Source: Paraspadella gotoi
Taxonomy: Eukaryota > Animalia > Chaetognatha
Reading direction: 5' to 3'
Assembly: GCA_051294375.1 (NCBI GenBank)
Contig: CM119264.1
Coordinates: 29,206,315-29,229,948, forward strand
DNA length: 23,634 nt
The position numbers were made by a program, and so were the translations under genes. Positions 1 to 10,501 of the stretch are shown here, in pieces. The notes beneath the pieces were generated by a model. That model saw only the letters and a list, made by a program, of their open reading frames with translations, was not told the origin of the DNA and did no database searches. How positions within the stretch are numbered: the first letter of the stretch is position 1; each line of letters starts with the position of its first letter.

Positions 1-355
1 TTCTTTTTCTTTTTTCTTTTTTTTCTTCTTTTTTCTTTTTTTCTTTTTTTCTTTTTCTTTTTTCTTTCTTCTTTTTTCTTTTTTTTCTTTTTTCTTTCTT
101 TTTTTTTTTTTTTTCTTTTTGTCTTTTGTCTTTTTTGTTGTCTTTTTGTCTTTTTTTTTCTTTTTTCTTTTTTTCTTTTTTTCTTTTTTCTTTTCTTTCT
201 TTTTTTTCTTTTTTTCTTTTGTTTTCTTTGTTCTTTTTTCTTCTTTGTCTTTTTGTTCTTTGTCTTTTTGTTTTTTTTATTTCTTTTTTTTCTTTTTTTC
301 TTTCTTTTTTCATTTTTTCTTTTTTCTTTTTTCTTTGTTCTTTTCTTCTTTTTCT
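1..355. repeat. T/C-rich low-complexity tract
   Basis: Almost pure T runs punctuated by C (some G); explains the Phe/Ser-rich ORFs 119-481 and 126-452. Confidence 0.9.
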
Positions 356-721
356 GATCGATACAAACGATTTTTCTTATTTCTTTTGCGTCTCGAGATT
401 AACGGTTCTTTTTCCGTCGGACAGTTTTTTTTTCGTTATGGATTTAGATTAGCAACGAGATTAACGCGATTATGGGATTGAGGATTAGGGACTCTGGAAA
501 AAGATCGAAATTAACTGAAAAGAGAAAAAGGAAAAAAATGTCTTCACCTCAATCGCCTCCTTTGACTCCTTTGACTCTTTTTGCTCTTTTATCGCTTTTT
601 TCGTCTTTTTATTGCTTTTTATTGCTTTTTGTTATCGCACTTTTCATTTTCTCGTCGTACGCTTCTCCACGTCGAGAACACCTTTGGCCTCGTGAGCGGA
701 CGAGGCGGTGGGCCAAGGGGC

Positions 722-866
722 TTGGGGTTAGTCCTGGGTTGGGCTAGAGTTGGGCTCGGTTGGGCTTTGGTTGGGCTTGGGTATAGTTTGGGTTGGGCTC
801 GGGTTTTGGTTGGGTTGGGCTCGGATTTAGTTTGGGTTGGACTTGGGTTGGGCTTGGGTTTGGCTT
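722..866 (+). repeat. Degenerate G-rich pentamer/decamer repeat (TTGGG / GGTTGGGCT)
   Basis: Repeated ggttgggct and ttggg units, many GGG runs on the + strand. Confidence 0.8.
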
Positions 867-1704
867 TGTACCGTTGGGGATCTATCCAGGTCACGACTGA
901 AGATGTCATGCTTGTGCTTATGCGATGCCTGACTACATATCACGGCTTTCATTCACAACATTTGCCCTTCCAGTAACCAACGGCTTTCAATCTCCAGTCT
1001 TCAACCAAGGTGCTTCGATTTTCGTTTCTTTATTGCTTATTTTTTGATGCGACACTTCCGGCTGTCATTACCAAAAGGCATTGCGGTTATCCCAGTAACC
1101 AAGTCACGCCAGGTACCAATTTCTTGTCTTTAAATTTATTTCTTCCCCTTTTTCCCCATTTTTTTCCTTCCAATACTTCTCAACCGCCAACGTCTTTATT
1201 CAATCCGCAACGTCGCAATTTCCTCGTCCATTGAGGAGAAACTCAGCGACCTCGCTCGATTATTCCTTCCAGTCTTCGCAACGATATTCAACGGTGGATC
1301 CATTCTAAAAATCCAATGCAACGACTTTCTTTTATTAAAGACTTTCTCATCCGTTGCTGTCTGCACATGGGTTGTTTCAGCTTTCCTTTATCATTGACGA
1401 ATTGCTGACCTTGCAGAACCAAAAACAGAAAACGTTCCCCGAATGTAGAATAATTTCTTCCAAGTCGCGTTGGAATCCCGAAAACTCAAAAGATCTCGCT
1501 CACAATACCGACTGGCGAGTTCATTGCAAAGTTGTTGGTTTCGAAGCGACAATTTTTCATCAGCGATCAAAACTGCGACATGTCAGACTAATTGCAACGC
1601 CAACAGCCAAAACCATCGCGTCAAAGGCTAAACGACAATCAAAACAGTCTGAAACAGTTAAAAATACTAAACAGTCAAGACAAACATATCAAAGTTACAA
1701 CGAA

Positions 1705-1820
1705 AGTCAGAATTCCCAGTAAGAATTCAGTCAGAATTCCCAGTAAGAATTGAGTCAGAATTCCCAGTAAGAATTGAGTCAGAATTCCCAGTAAGAATTG
1801 AGTCAGAATTCCCAGTAAGA
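1705..1820. repeat. 24-bp minisatellite, about 4.8 copies
   Basis: Unit AGTCAGAATTCCCAGTAAGAATTG starts at 1705, 1729, 1753, 1777, 1801; only the last base of copy 1 differs. Confidence 0.97.
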
Positions 1821-2235
1821 GGATCCCCCTCACCCGCCTTCTTGGCATCGGTTCGTCCCTTGGCGCCTTTTTTATCGCCACCCGACGACCTCTCACGGGC
1901 CGGCCCCTTCGAGGCCCTCTCAAGGCCCCTCACGCCCCAAAAGGGCACGGGGTCGTCGACGCCCCTCGCGCGAGGCCGACTCGCCCTCTACCTCACTCGG
2001 ACGCCCTTCGATAACCTTACCCGTTAACCTTACCTTTTTTTATCCCAAACTAAAGAAGAAATAAAGAGAATAAATAAATAAATTAAATTAAATACAAAAA
2101 AAAATAAATAGAATTTAAATCCTCCCAACACCAAACGTATATCCACTTAAACATTTTCCTTACCCTCTTTCTTTTTGACCTTACCTTACCTTACCCTAAC
2201 TGAGTCACGTCTATTTTCCGCGTGCTCTTTGTTAT

Positions 2236-2240
<5 letters not shown>

Positions 2241-2266
<26 letters not shown>

Positions 2267-2475
2267 TCTTTTCTTTTTTCCTTTCCTTCCTTTTTCTCTG
2301 CCTCCCTTTTCCTTTTTTTTCCTTTTCTTTTCCTCATTCACTCCGTCCTTCTTTTTTTCCTTTCCTTCCTTTTTCTCTGCCTCCCTTTTCCTTTTTTCTT
2401 TTCCTCTTTCCTCTTTCCTTCATTCCGTCCTTCCTCCTTTCTTTCCTTTTTTTCTTTCCTTCTTTTTTTCCTTCA
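2241..2475. repeat. Polypyrimidine tract with an internal ~80-bp tandem duplication
   Basis: tcctttccttcctttttctctgcctcccttttccttttt occurs at ~2279 and ~2358, each followed by a tccgtccttc motif. Confidence 0.75.
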
Positions 2476-2532
2476 ACTCTCGTTCGTCTCTTTCCTCCTC
2501 ATTTCATCAGTTGGGTCCTGAGCTTCCAAGGA

Positions 2533-2552
2533 CAGAGAGAGAGAGGAAAAAA

Positions 2553-2640
<88 letters not shown>
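2533..2640. repeat. (GA)n microsatellite
   Basis: Direct reading. Confidence 0.97.
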
Positions 2641-2644
<4 letters not shown>

Positions 2645-3563
2645 TTTTGTCGATGCCAGCAGCTCGAAAGATGGCGACGGGAGAAACTGTTATGGTTTCG
2701 TTATTGTTTTCCGTTGGCCGTTGGTGTCGAACCATTGGTCTCATGGAGAAGTCTGGCAAGAATTTGGTGGCAAGAAAAAAAATTGCTTTCGGTTTTATTT
2801 GTAATATTTTAGATATGCAGTGTAATGTATTTTTTAATGTATTTTTACCATTGAATTTCGATATGATTTATTCTTGTCAAGAGTGCACAAAAAGGAATTT
2901 TAAATTTTCCTATCACGTCAAATCAAATCAGACGAGCAAAGATTGCTATTAAGTTTATATATTCTTAGTCTTAGACGTCGATTATATTTAATGTTGAAAT
3001 AATGTTGAACTTTACAGAGAAATTAGGAAAAATAGTTAATTCGGCTAAACTAACATTCAATAAATGCATAAAAAATTATTAATTAAATAAGGTTAAAAAC
3101 CTAAAATTTCAAATTGCAATCTATTAAATTTAAAATCAATGTAAAAAAAAATACTAAAGAACGAAAAGCTTTCGCTCTTAATTGTTAATTCAAGATCGTT
3201 CGCTGGGGAATTCTTGCTCATGCAAAGTTACTTATTAGCAGCGTCACGAAAAAGCAGAGAATAATGAGCAGAAAATAAAATCAAGGTTGATAATGGGTTT
3301 TGTTGAAGAAGAAAAAGAGGAGGAGGATTTAGGGGATTACCAAGTAGGAGGAGGAAGAGGAGGAAAGAGGGATATCAAAAGAATTAGAGAAAAATTACGC
3401 CTAAAGCAAAAAAAGAAAAAAAAAAGGAAAAAATGAATGAAAAGTTGTAATAAAAAGAAGTAATGAAAGTTAGAATTGAGGGCAATAAACGTTTGACAAA
3501 GGATCAAAAGTCTTTCTGTTTATTGCTATTTTGTTATTTAATATTCATATTGGTTTTTTTTTT

Positions 3564-3840
3564 GGTTGCGCCGCGAGTACTCGCGGAGCAACTCTCTAAG
3601 TCGGTCGGTCTGTCGGTCGGTCTGTCACAATTATCTTAAAAATCTAAGTGACTGCTAGCGCCGCCTTCAGGAAATCCTAAAAGTATAAAGAATAAAAGAC
3701 GGAATTCCGATGCAGTGAGTGTAATAAATATACGGGCTAAGAAAGTTTTTAAGTCATTTAAGGTCATAACATGTCATATCATGAGATCAAAAGGAAATAT
3801 ACGTGAACACGGCGCAACATAAAAAAAGAGTTCACATCTC
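3564..3840 (+). mobile_element. Non-autonomous Helentron-associated (HINE/DINE-1-like) element
   Basis: Follows a T run; 5' hairpin GTTGC-g-CCGCGAGT/ACTCGCGG-a-GCAAC (3565-3592); (GTCK)n microsatellite 3600-3626; distal inverted copy of the 5' sequence (GTTGCGCCG 3565-3573 vs CGGCGCAAC 3810-3818). The 3' boundary is approximate. Confidence 0.65.
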
Positions 3841-3963
3841 AGCAAAATATTAAGTATTACTAATACAACATACTTCTCTGTATCTGATTTCCTATTTACA
3901 TCCACTCCATCTCCCTCCAACTTTTTCTGTCATCTTTCCGACCTCATCTTTTATTTCCCTCCC

Positions 3964-4034
<71 letters not shown>
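3964..4034. repeat. (CT)n microsatellite
   Basis: Direct reading. Confidence 0.95.
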
Positions 4035-4037
<3 letters not shown>

Positions 4038-4251
4038 CGCTTTTTATCATAGATAAGTGATATCAGTTCCATTTATTCTTCATTTCTCGGAAATATATTT
4101 CTATTTCTCATTTTCTCTTTTATTCTGCTCAATTTTCCTTTTCTTCGACTTAATCAATTTTATTTTTTCATTCCTTTTTTTTTCTATTTTCCATTCACAT
4201 TTTTTTATATTCACAATCGACATTGTCTCCCGTTTCATCCATACCTCCCCA

Positions 4252-4364
<113 letters not shown>

Positions 4365-4423
4365 GCGTTCGAAAGGTAATTAAATTACTCATTTCCCTCT
4401 TTTTCTGTTCATTGCTCTCCGCC

Positions 4424-4524
4424 ATTGTTAGATGGCACCAGTAGCGCCATCGCGCGAGTCTTTTGTTTTTTGTTTTTTTTCAATATCGAATGACGGTTGA
4501 TCTCTCGCGACGTTAGGCGGCGCT
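4424..4524. promoter_or_regulatory. Cluster of CTCF-like motifs
   Basis: ATTGTTAGATGGCAC (4424-4438,+), TCGCGCGATGGCGCT (4443-4457,-), ACGTTAGGCGGCGCT (4510-4524,+) resemble the core AGRKGGCRS but lack the 5' CC. Confidence 0.35.
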
Positions 4525-4950
4525 TTTCTCTTTTTTTTCACCAGTGACGGTTGAAAAGTGAAAACTCTGGTCGCTGCTTGTGACGAATGATGAATGACAT
4601 ACGCACTTATTCGTATGACATATTTAAAATACGTCGAAATACTTACATAAATAAATATTAAATAATTATATAAAAAAACGGAAACATCATTAAAAAATAA
4701 ATAAAAATAGAAGTAGAAATAGTTTTATGAGATAAATCAACGATACGATAGGAAAAGGCGAAGCGAATCGTGAACGGAAAAGTTCAAAGTTCTGAGGGTC
4801 AAAAAAGTTACAAAGCAAATCACCGATTATTTGGCAACAAAAATGGAAGCGAAACATTTGAGCTCAAACGTGAATTCACGCGACGTGATCCTCTTTTATG
4901 CCCAAAGGTTTGAGTGAGAGATAACCTCGCGAAACGCGTGACCTTGGTAG

Positions 4951-5059
<109 letters not shown>

Positions 5060-5689
5060 CAAAAACGAAACTTTCACCGGTTATTTGCAACGATTTTTGT
5101 CCATAATTCGTTTTGATTTTACTTAATACATTTTACTTTGATCATCTTAGCAAATACGATTCTTTACATACGATGACGATGTTGTTTCGAAAGATCAGTT
5201 GAAATCATGAAATTGAACACTAACCCTATTTGCGTTTCTCTCTATTTTTAGATTGATAACGATTACTCTTATAAAAGGTGCTTAAGTATTGAATACAGCA
5301 TCGGTCCATGGATACGTAAAATGTGATAAAGAGATAAATTTATTTGCTGATTTGGAGATTAATTTAAAGTTACTTATCGTTAGTTGTTAATATTAATTCG
5401 CTACATTTTGCCTGGTCAGTGATCACTTCAGCACTAGATCCAATATCTTTTCTGTCCTGCAACTTCTCAGAAGTCAGAACCTCCCAGATACACTTTATCA
5501 TTCAATATACATTATCATCCTTCATCCAAGTTATCTGGGCCTAATTTCATTTTTTTAGCGATAAAAATGAAAAAAGAAAAACATGAGGAAATTAAAACGA
5601 AAGATGAAAAGAGATAAGAAATAAATGAGTAAAAGATATTAAAAAAAATAAATGAAAAAAAAATGAAAAAGAAAATAAAGCAAAAAATA

Positions 5690-6015
5690 AAAAGATGAAG
5701 AAAAAAAAGACGTGAAAAAGATGTGAAAGAAAAAATAAGAAAAAAGAAAAAAAAGAAAGAAAGAAGTGAAAAAGATGAGAAAGAAAACAGAAAAAAAAAT
5801 AAAGAAGTGAAAAAGATGTGAAAGAAAAAAGAAAAAAAAGAAAGAAGTGGAAAAGATGTAAAAAAAAAGAAAGAAGTGAAAAATATGTGAAAGAAAAATA
5901 GAATTAAAAAAAAAGAAAGATGTGAAAAAGATGTGAAAGAAAAAAGAAAAAAAAAGGAAAGAAGTCAAAAAGATGTGAAAGAAAAAAGAAATAAAAAAAG
6001 AAAGAAGTGAAAAAA
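5690..6015. repeat. Degenerate A-rich minisatellite (~40-55 bp unit)
   Basis: Motif gaagtgaaaaagatgtgaaagaaaaa recurs about 7 times separated by A/AG runs. Confidence 0.85.
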
Positions 6016-6600
6016 TTCTCTGGAAAATCATCCCAATTAAAACTGAAAAGATCGAATTTCCTTTTTTCAAACGAAAAAAAAAAGAAAAAAAAAACTCTTT
6101 TCACCATGAAAAAAAATTTAAAAATACTATGGGCGAAAGTTTCTTTAACTTTTTTAGGCTATGTAGAACCGGCTACATTTTCCTAAATAAACCCATTTCC
6201 GCTTAAATTCAGAATTAAGCAAAGTTTTTAAGTTTAAAGAATAGGGATAAATAGATAAAAAAAAGCATTAGGTAAAAGATTATGGCAAAATTTTTAAATT
6301 AAAATTAAGATCAGGGCCTAAGGAAAAGAAATGGGCTGCGTTCGAAGAAGTGCGCCAAAAACTCTTTTCACCCAAAAAGTTGGGGGAAAAATTTAAAATA
6401 CTCGGCCAAAATTTTTTTCCTTTTTTTTTAAGGTACAGAGGATCTTCCCTTTAAAAAAAATGGGCTCCTCCCACATCTCATCGGCTTCATCGATCTTCCT
6501 CCTCCTCTTGCTCCTCCTCCTCCTCCTCTTCCTCTTTCGGTTGTTTTTTCCAGGCGTAAATTTTTAAAGAGAATAGATTAAATAAAACCGCAGAGAAGAA

Positions 6601-6603
<3 letters not shown>

Positions 6604-6649
<46 letters not shown>
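6604..6649. repeat. (GA)n microsatellite
   Basis: Direct reading. Confidence 0.95.
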
Positions 6650-6652
<3 letters not shown>

Positions 6653-7119
6653 GGAATTCAAGACTCGGAACTGTAAGGGTCGCAGCTGCATTATATTTTT
6701 ATAGCTGATTTTTTTATTGCTTTTTTTATATTTTGAAGTCGTAGATGTATTTGGAAATTAATTTTCTTTAAATTTTTTCTTAAATTCGCGGGAAATGAGA
6801 AAGCGATTAGTTATTAAGTTATTAGTTATTAGTTATTAAGACAAACGAGTCTAAATTGGCAAATGTGTTTTGCGCCAGAATATTTAATTATAAAAATATT
6901 GAATGTTTATCTTCACGAAAAACATTTAACGGAAAACAAACGGTGAGACGTGAAAAGTTTAAATGGAATGTAAAACGCATCTTATTATTAAAAAAAATGT
7001 TAATAACAAGGAATAAAATGTGATTAGGTTTCAAAACTGACAACTCGAAAAGGTTTGAGTTCCTGAGTTGATGTTGACAAATTCCTTAGTTAAAGTCCTG
7101 GATGCAACCTTTTTTAGAC

Positions 7120-7122
<3 letters not shown>

Positions 7123-7160
<38 letters not shown>

Positions 7161-7188
7161 CTGTCTCCCTCCTCTCTCTCTCTCTCTC

Positions 7189-7226
<38 letters not shown>
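7123..7226. repeat. Interrupted (CT)n microsatellite
   Basis: Direct reading. Confidence 0.92.
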
Positions 7227-7328
7227 ATCCTTCTTTCTTTATACTCCCATCCTTTTCTTATTCCCTTTGAATTCTCAAGGGAGACGCGATAAAGACGTCA
7301 AGGCCACAGACGCGTCGCCCTCGGGAAA

Positions 7329-7425
7329 GGCGGGCGGCTACAGCAGCAACGGCGGGCGGCTGCAGCAGCGGCGGCGGGCGGCTGAATGGCGGGCGTCGGC
7401 GGGCGTCGGCGGGCGTCGGCGGGCG
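7329..7425. repeat. GC-rich island of GGCGGGCG-based repeats
   Basis: ggcgggcggct x3 (7329-7383) then 10-bp unit GGCGGGCGTC x~3.8 (7388-7425). Confidence 0.85.
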
Positions 7426-7437
7426 ACAGCGTTGGGT

Positions 7438-7528
7438 GGCGCCCTCTGGAGAAGACAGTGTCGTTCTTTTTAATGGCGCTTTTCCGAAAACGAGTGTGGC
7501 ATTCTCTTTTGATAGCGCCATCTGAAGG
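7438..7528 (-). promoter_or_regulatory. Pair of CTCF-like motifs
   Basis: Minus strand CCTTCAGATGGCGCT (7514-7528) and TCTCCAGAGGGCGCC (7438-7452) resemble the consensus CCASYAGRKGGCRS. Confidence 0.45.
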
Positions 7529-7980
7529 GAGAATATTGTCGACGTCTTTTTGGTGTCAATTGCTAAAAAAAAAAAAAACTCTTTGCAAAAGCGTCCTGCA
7601 TTTTAGCAATGGTGGTTCGTGAATTTCTAAAGCGGCAATGATAATAAAAAATTGTGTTGGCTTCACGAAATCAGATATTGTCAATCTTACAAATCGCTCA
7701 AGGATAGAACTACACTATCAGAACGGGAAACGACTCGCCGTGATAGTGAGACCACACTCTCACAAAAAAAACTTTCTTTATCTCACGCAGATCCGAACTA
7801 ACCTTTTAAAGCAAAGCTTACCAAAACCCATAAAGAATAGCTTGCTTAAATTCTTGTAAATATAGCTTCTTTCGCAAGACAAGCTTGTTGCAATGCTTTC
7901 CCAATCAGAGCTTATTGATTTGTCAGGAATTCATGAGTTCGTTGCATCTGTCCTCTGTCCTTCCTTTCAACTGGGAAGGG

Positions 7981-7982
<2 letters not shown>

Positions 7983-8037
<55 letters not shown>
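7983..8037. repeat. (CT)n microsatellite
   Basis: Direct reading. Confidence 0.95.
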
Positions 8038-8040
<3 letters not shown>

Positions 8041-8264
8041 TTGATAAGAAATGAGGGAAGAGAGACGTAGTGAACTGAAAAATGGGAAAAAGTCAGTAGA
8101 AAAAAGTTTTTAAAAAAAATTTAAAAAAATAATAAAAATTGGTTAAGGGTGGCAACTGCTTCCGGGATTGACATTTGCTACAGGTGCTAGTCTTCGTTTA
8201 AATCCGTTGGTTAATGAAGAAATAAATATTTGGGATTCAATGACTAAATACAAAATTATTTTAG

Positions 8265-8501
8265 CAATGGTTTAACGAGTGCTTAATTTTTTTAAATATT
8301 TATTGTGACGAATGTGAAGAAAACTTTCTACCATCGCATGAGTATCAAGCCACCAAAATCAACTTGGGATCGGATGCTCGGGCGATCTTCGCAGGAATGG
8401 GAATCGCCGAATCCTATTGGCCAAGATGGAATCAGCTTGCAGAATCATTGGAATGGTCAAATGCACCCTTACCACCGATCCTCTTCCATGACTATAACTA
8501 A
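8265..8501 (+). CDS. Candidate terminal coding exon, unknown protein
   Basis: Acceptor-like ttattttag at 8256-8264 followed by 78 open codons (QWFNECLIFLNIYCDECEENFLPSHEYQ...PLPPILFHDYN) and TAA; AATAAA at 8575-8580. No family recognised, no upstream exon found. Confidence 0.3.
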   Translation, partial: QWFNECLIFLNIYCDECEENFLPSHEYQATKINLGSDARAIFAGMGIAESYWPRWNQLAESLEWSNAPLPPILFHDYN

Positions 8502-8627
8502 ACCTAGTTTGTTCTAGATAGATTTGCATTGATCAAGACTCTTGCGTGTGTCTCAACGTCACCTTTATTCTCAGAATAAAGTCTCATCCTGATTGCGCCC
8601 CAAGAAATCCATGTTTTTCCTTAAATG

Positions 8628-8668
8628 TGGTGGCAGCGGTGGGATTCGAACCCACGCCTCCGAAGAGA
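8628..8668 (-). pseudogene. 3' half of tRNA-Leu (AAG/TAG family) with encoded CCA
   Basis: Minus strand TCTCTTCGGAGGCGTGGGTTCGAATCCCACCGCTGCCA+CCA: variable arm, T arm and 3' acceptor strand matching the metazoan tRNA-Leu sequence as I recall it; 5' half and anticodon absent. Confidence 0.85.
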
Positions 8669-8708
8669 GTTATAAAAACTGAAAAAAAAGGACATCAAGG
8701 ACAAAGAT

Positions 8709-8766
8709 TACGACAACGACGACGACGACGACAACGACGAAAAAGACGACGACAACGATGATGATG
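8709..8766. repeat. (ACG/ACA)n trinucleotide repeat
   Basis: Direct reading. Confidence 0.85.
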
Positions 8767-9077
8767 TGCATTGACGTTTCTTGAAAAGGATGACGTTTGA
8801 AAGAGATTTTTGGAAAGAGTCCATGGCGAAAAAAGGAGAAGATGGGGAAGACTCGGCCGCAGTTGGGATCCGCGGTTGAAGACAGAATCGTCAAGAAAAG
8901 AAGTTGAAAGATTAAACCAGAAAATTGGATTAAAAATAAGAATAAATATTCTTTCTTGTCTTCTTTTTAATGTTCAATGTTGGTCGTTTTTTGAGTAAAA
9001 ACAAAGTTAAGTATGAAGCGAGTTAAAATAAATATTCACTTGGGAAAAATAAGCATTTTATAGCTCTCACGGTTACT

Positions 9078-9109
9078 CTCTCTCTCTTTCTCTCTCTCTT
9101 CTCTCTCCT

Positions 9110-9193
<84 letters not shown>

Positions 9194-9285
9194 TTTTCAA
9201 AAGACTCACCGAAGACAAACTGCATAGTTGAAATTAAAATTCCTGCGAACACGCACTTTAGTAAATAAGATAGAGAGAGAGAGAG

Positions 9286-9328
<43 letters not shown>
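9078..9328. repeat. (CT)n 9078-9189 and (GA)n 9272-9328 microsatellites
   Basis: Direct reading; two complementary tracts ~80 bp apart. Confidence 0.92.
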
Positions 9329-9331
<3 letters not shown>

Positions 9332-9565
9332 TATGGTCTGGTGAGATTTTTAAGGATTTAAAAAGCGTGAAACTCCAAGACGAACTTAATCCTGATTTCA
9401 CAAATGGACGAGATTTTCAATGAGACGCAGCGATGGAAATTCGGCGAAATTTTTATTATTTTTTAATATTAATCTTTTTAGATTAAATTTTTGTGGGTTT
9501 AAAAAATGTTCCAACCGAAAAAAAGGAGGAAAATGAGAGAGAATTGGAAACGCGAATTCTAGGCC

Positions 9566-10089
9566 TCGTCGTCGTCGTCGTTGTCGTCGTCGTTGTCGTC
9601 GTCCCCGTCGTCGTCTCTAAGCTTTATTGGCGCGTCGTCGTTCTCGTGGTCGTCGTCGTTTCCATCGTTCCCCGCGTTTCCATCCTTGTTTTTCACCATT
9701 CCTCGTCGTCGTCGTCGTCTTTGGCATCCACGTCCTTGCTCCCACCACCTTCGTTTGTCGTCTTTGTCATCACCATCGTCGTCGTCATCGTCATCGTCGT
9801 TAACGTCTTTGTCGTTTTTATCGTCATTGTTGACTTAAACGTTGTCATCATCATCGTCGTCGACATCGCATTCGTTGACAACATCTTCGTCGTTCATCGT
9901 CGTTTTTGTCATCGTCATCATTGTCATCTTCGTCATCTTTGGCATCCACGTCTTTGCTCTCTTCACCTTCGTTAGTCGCCGACGTTGTCATAATCATCAT
10001 CATCATTATCATCATCATAATAATTATCATCATCATCATCGTCATCATCATCATCATCATCGTCGTCATCGTCGTCGTCGTCGTCGTCG
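9566..10089. repeat. (GTC)n/(ATC)n low-complexity region with an internal duplication
   Basis: tctttggcatccacgtcYttgctc...caccttcgtt occurs at ~9718 and ~9936 within trinucleotide arrays. Confidence 0.9.
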
Positions 10090-10501
10090 CAGTTAAATAT
10101 CACGTTCTTCGGAAATGAGAAGTGGAATTTTGTTTCCCGATCGTCATAACTCAATTTGTCAGCGTTTTTATTTTCTGCTGTTGGATCATGAGAAAACGCT
10201 GAGGTTTGCAGATTGTATTGCAAGAGACGGAAATTTTAGAGCGAGAGAATAGAAATAAATATGGGCTTAAGTGAACCAACACATAAATAAGCGCAATTAT
10301 ATTCTGAAAGCTTTTCCTTTGAGACTTAAAAGAAAGTGAATAATATACTGTCAATACTCAATAACAAACCAAGTATTTCCCGTTATTACGTAGTATTTAT
10401 CAGTACTTAAACTATTAACAAAACTTACTTTAGGTTGAACCTTCTTGAAGTTTGAACATCAAGTGTATTATGGTGGACTAAAATCCACCAATCGTTCATC
10501 A

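Noticed and set aside
119-481. Phe/Ser-rich ORFs and all SLSL/RERE/poly-V/poly-D ORFs across the window
   Set aside because: They are translations of microsatellites and low-complexity tracts with no domain signal.
1705-1820. CRISPR-like array
   Set aside because: Units are head-to-tail with no unique spacers, and the context is eukaryotic.
1916-1960. Minus-strand DDPVPFWGVRG resembling tachykinin/natalisin FxGxR-amide
   Set aside because: Single copy, Gly is followed by Leu rather than a basic cleavage site, no signal peptide seen.
6090-6440. Degenerate duplication of aaaaactcttttcacc...aaaatttaaaatact (~6090 and ~6357)
   Set aside because: Short, AT-rich and indel-ridden; likely old duplication or poorly polished sequence.
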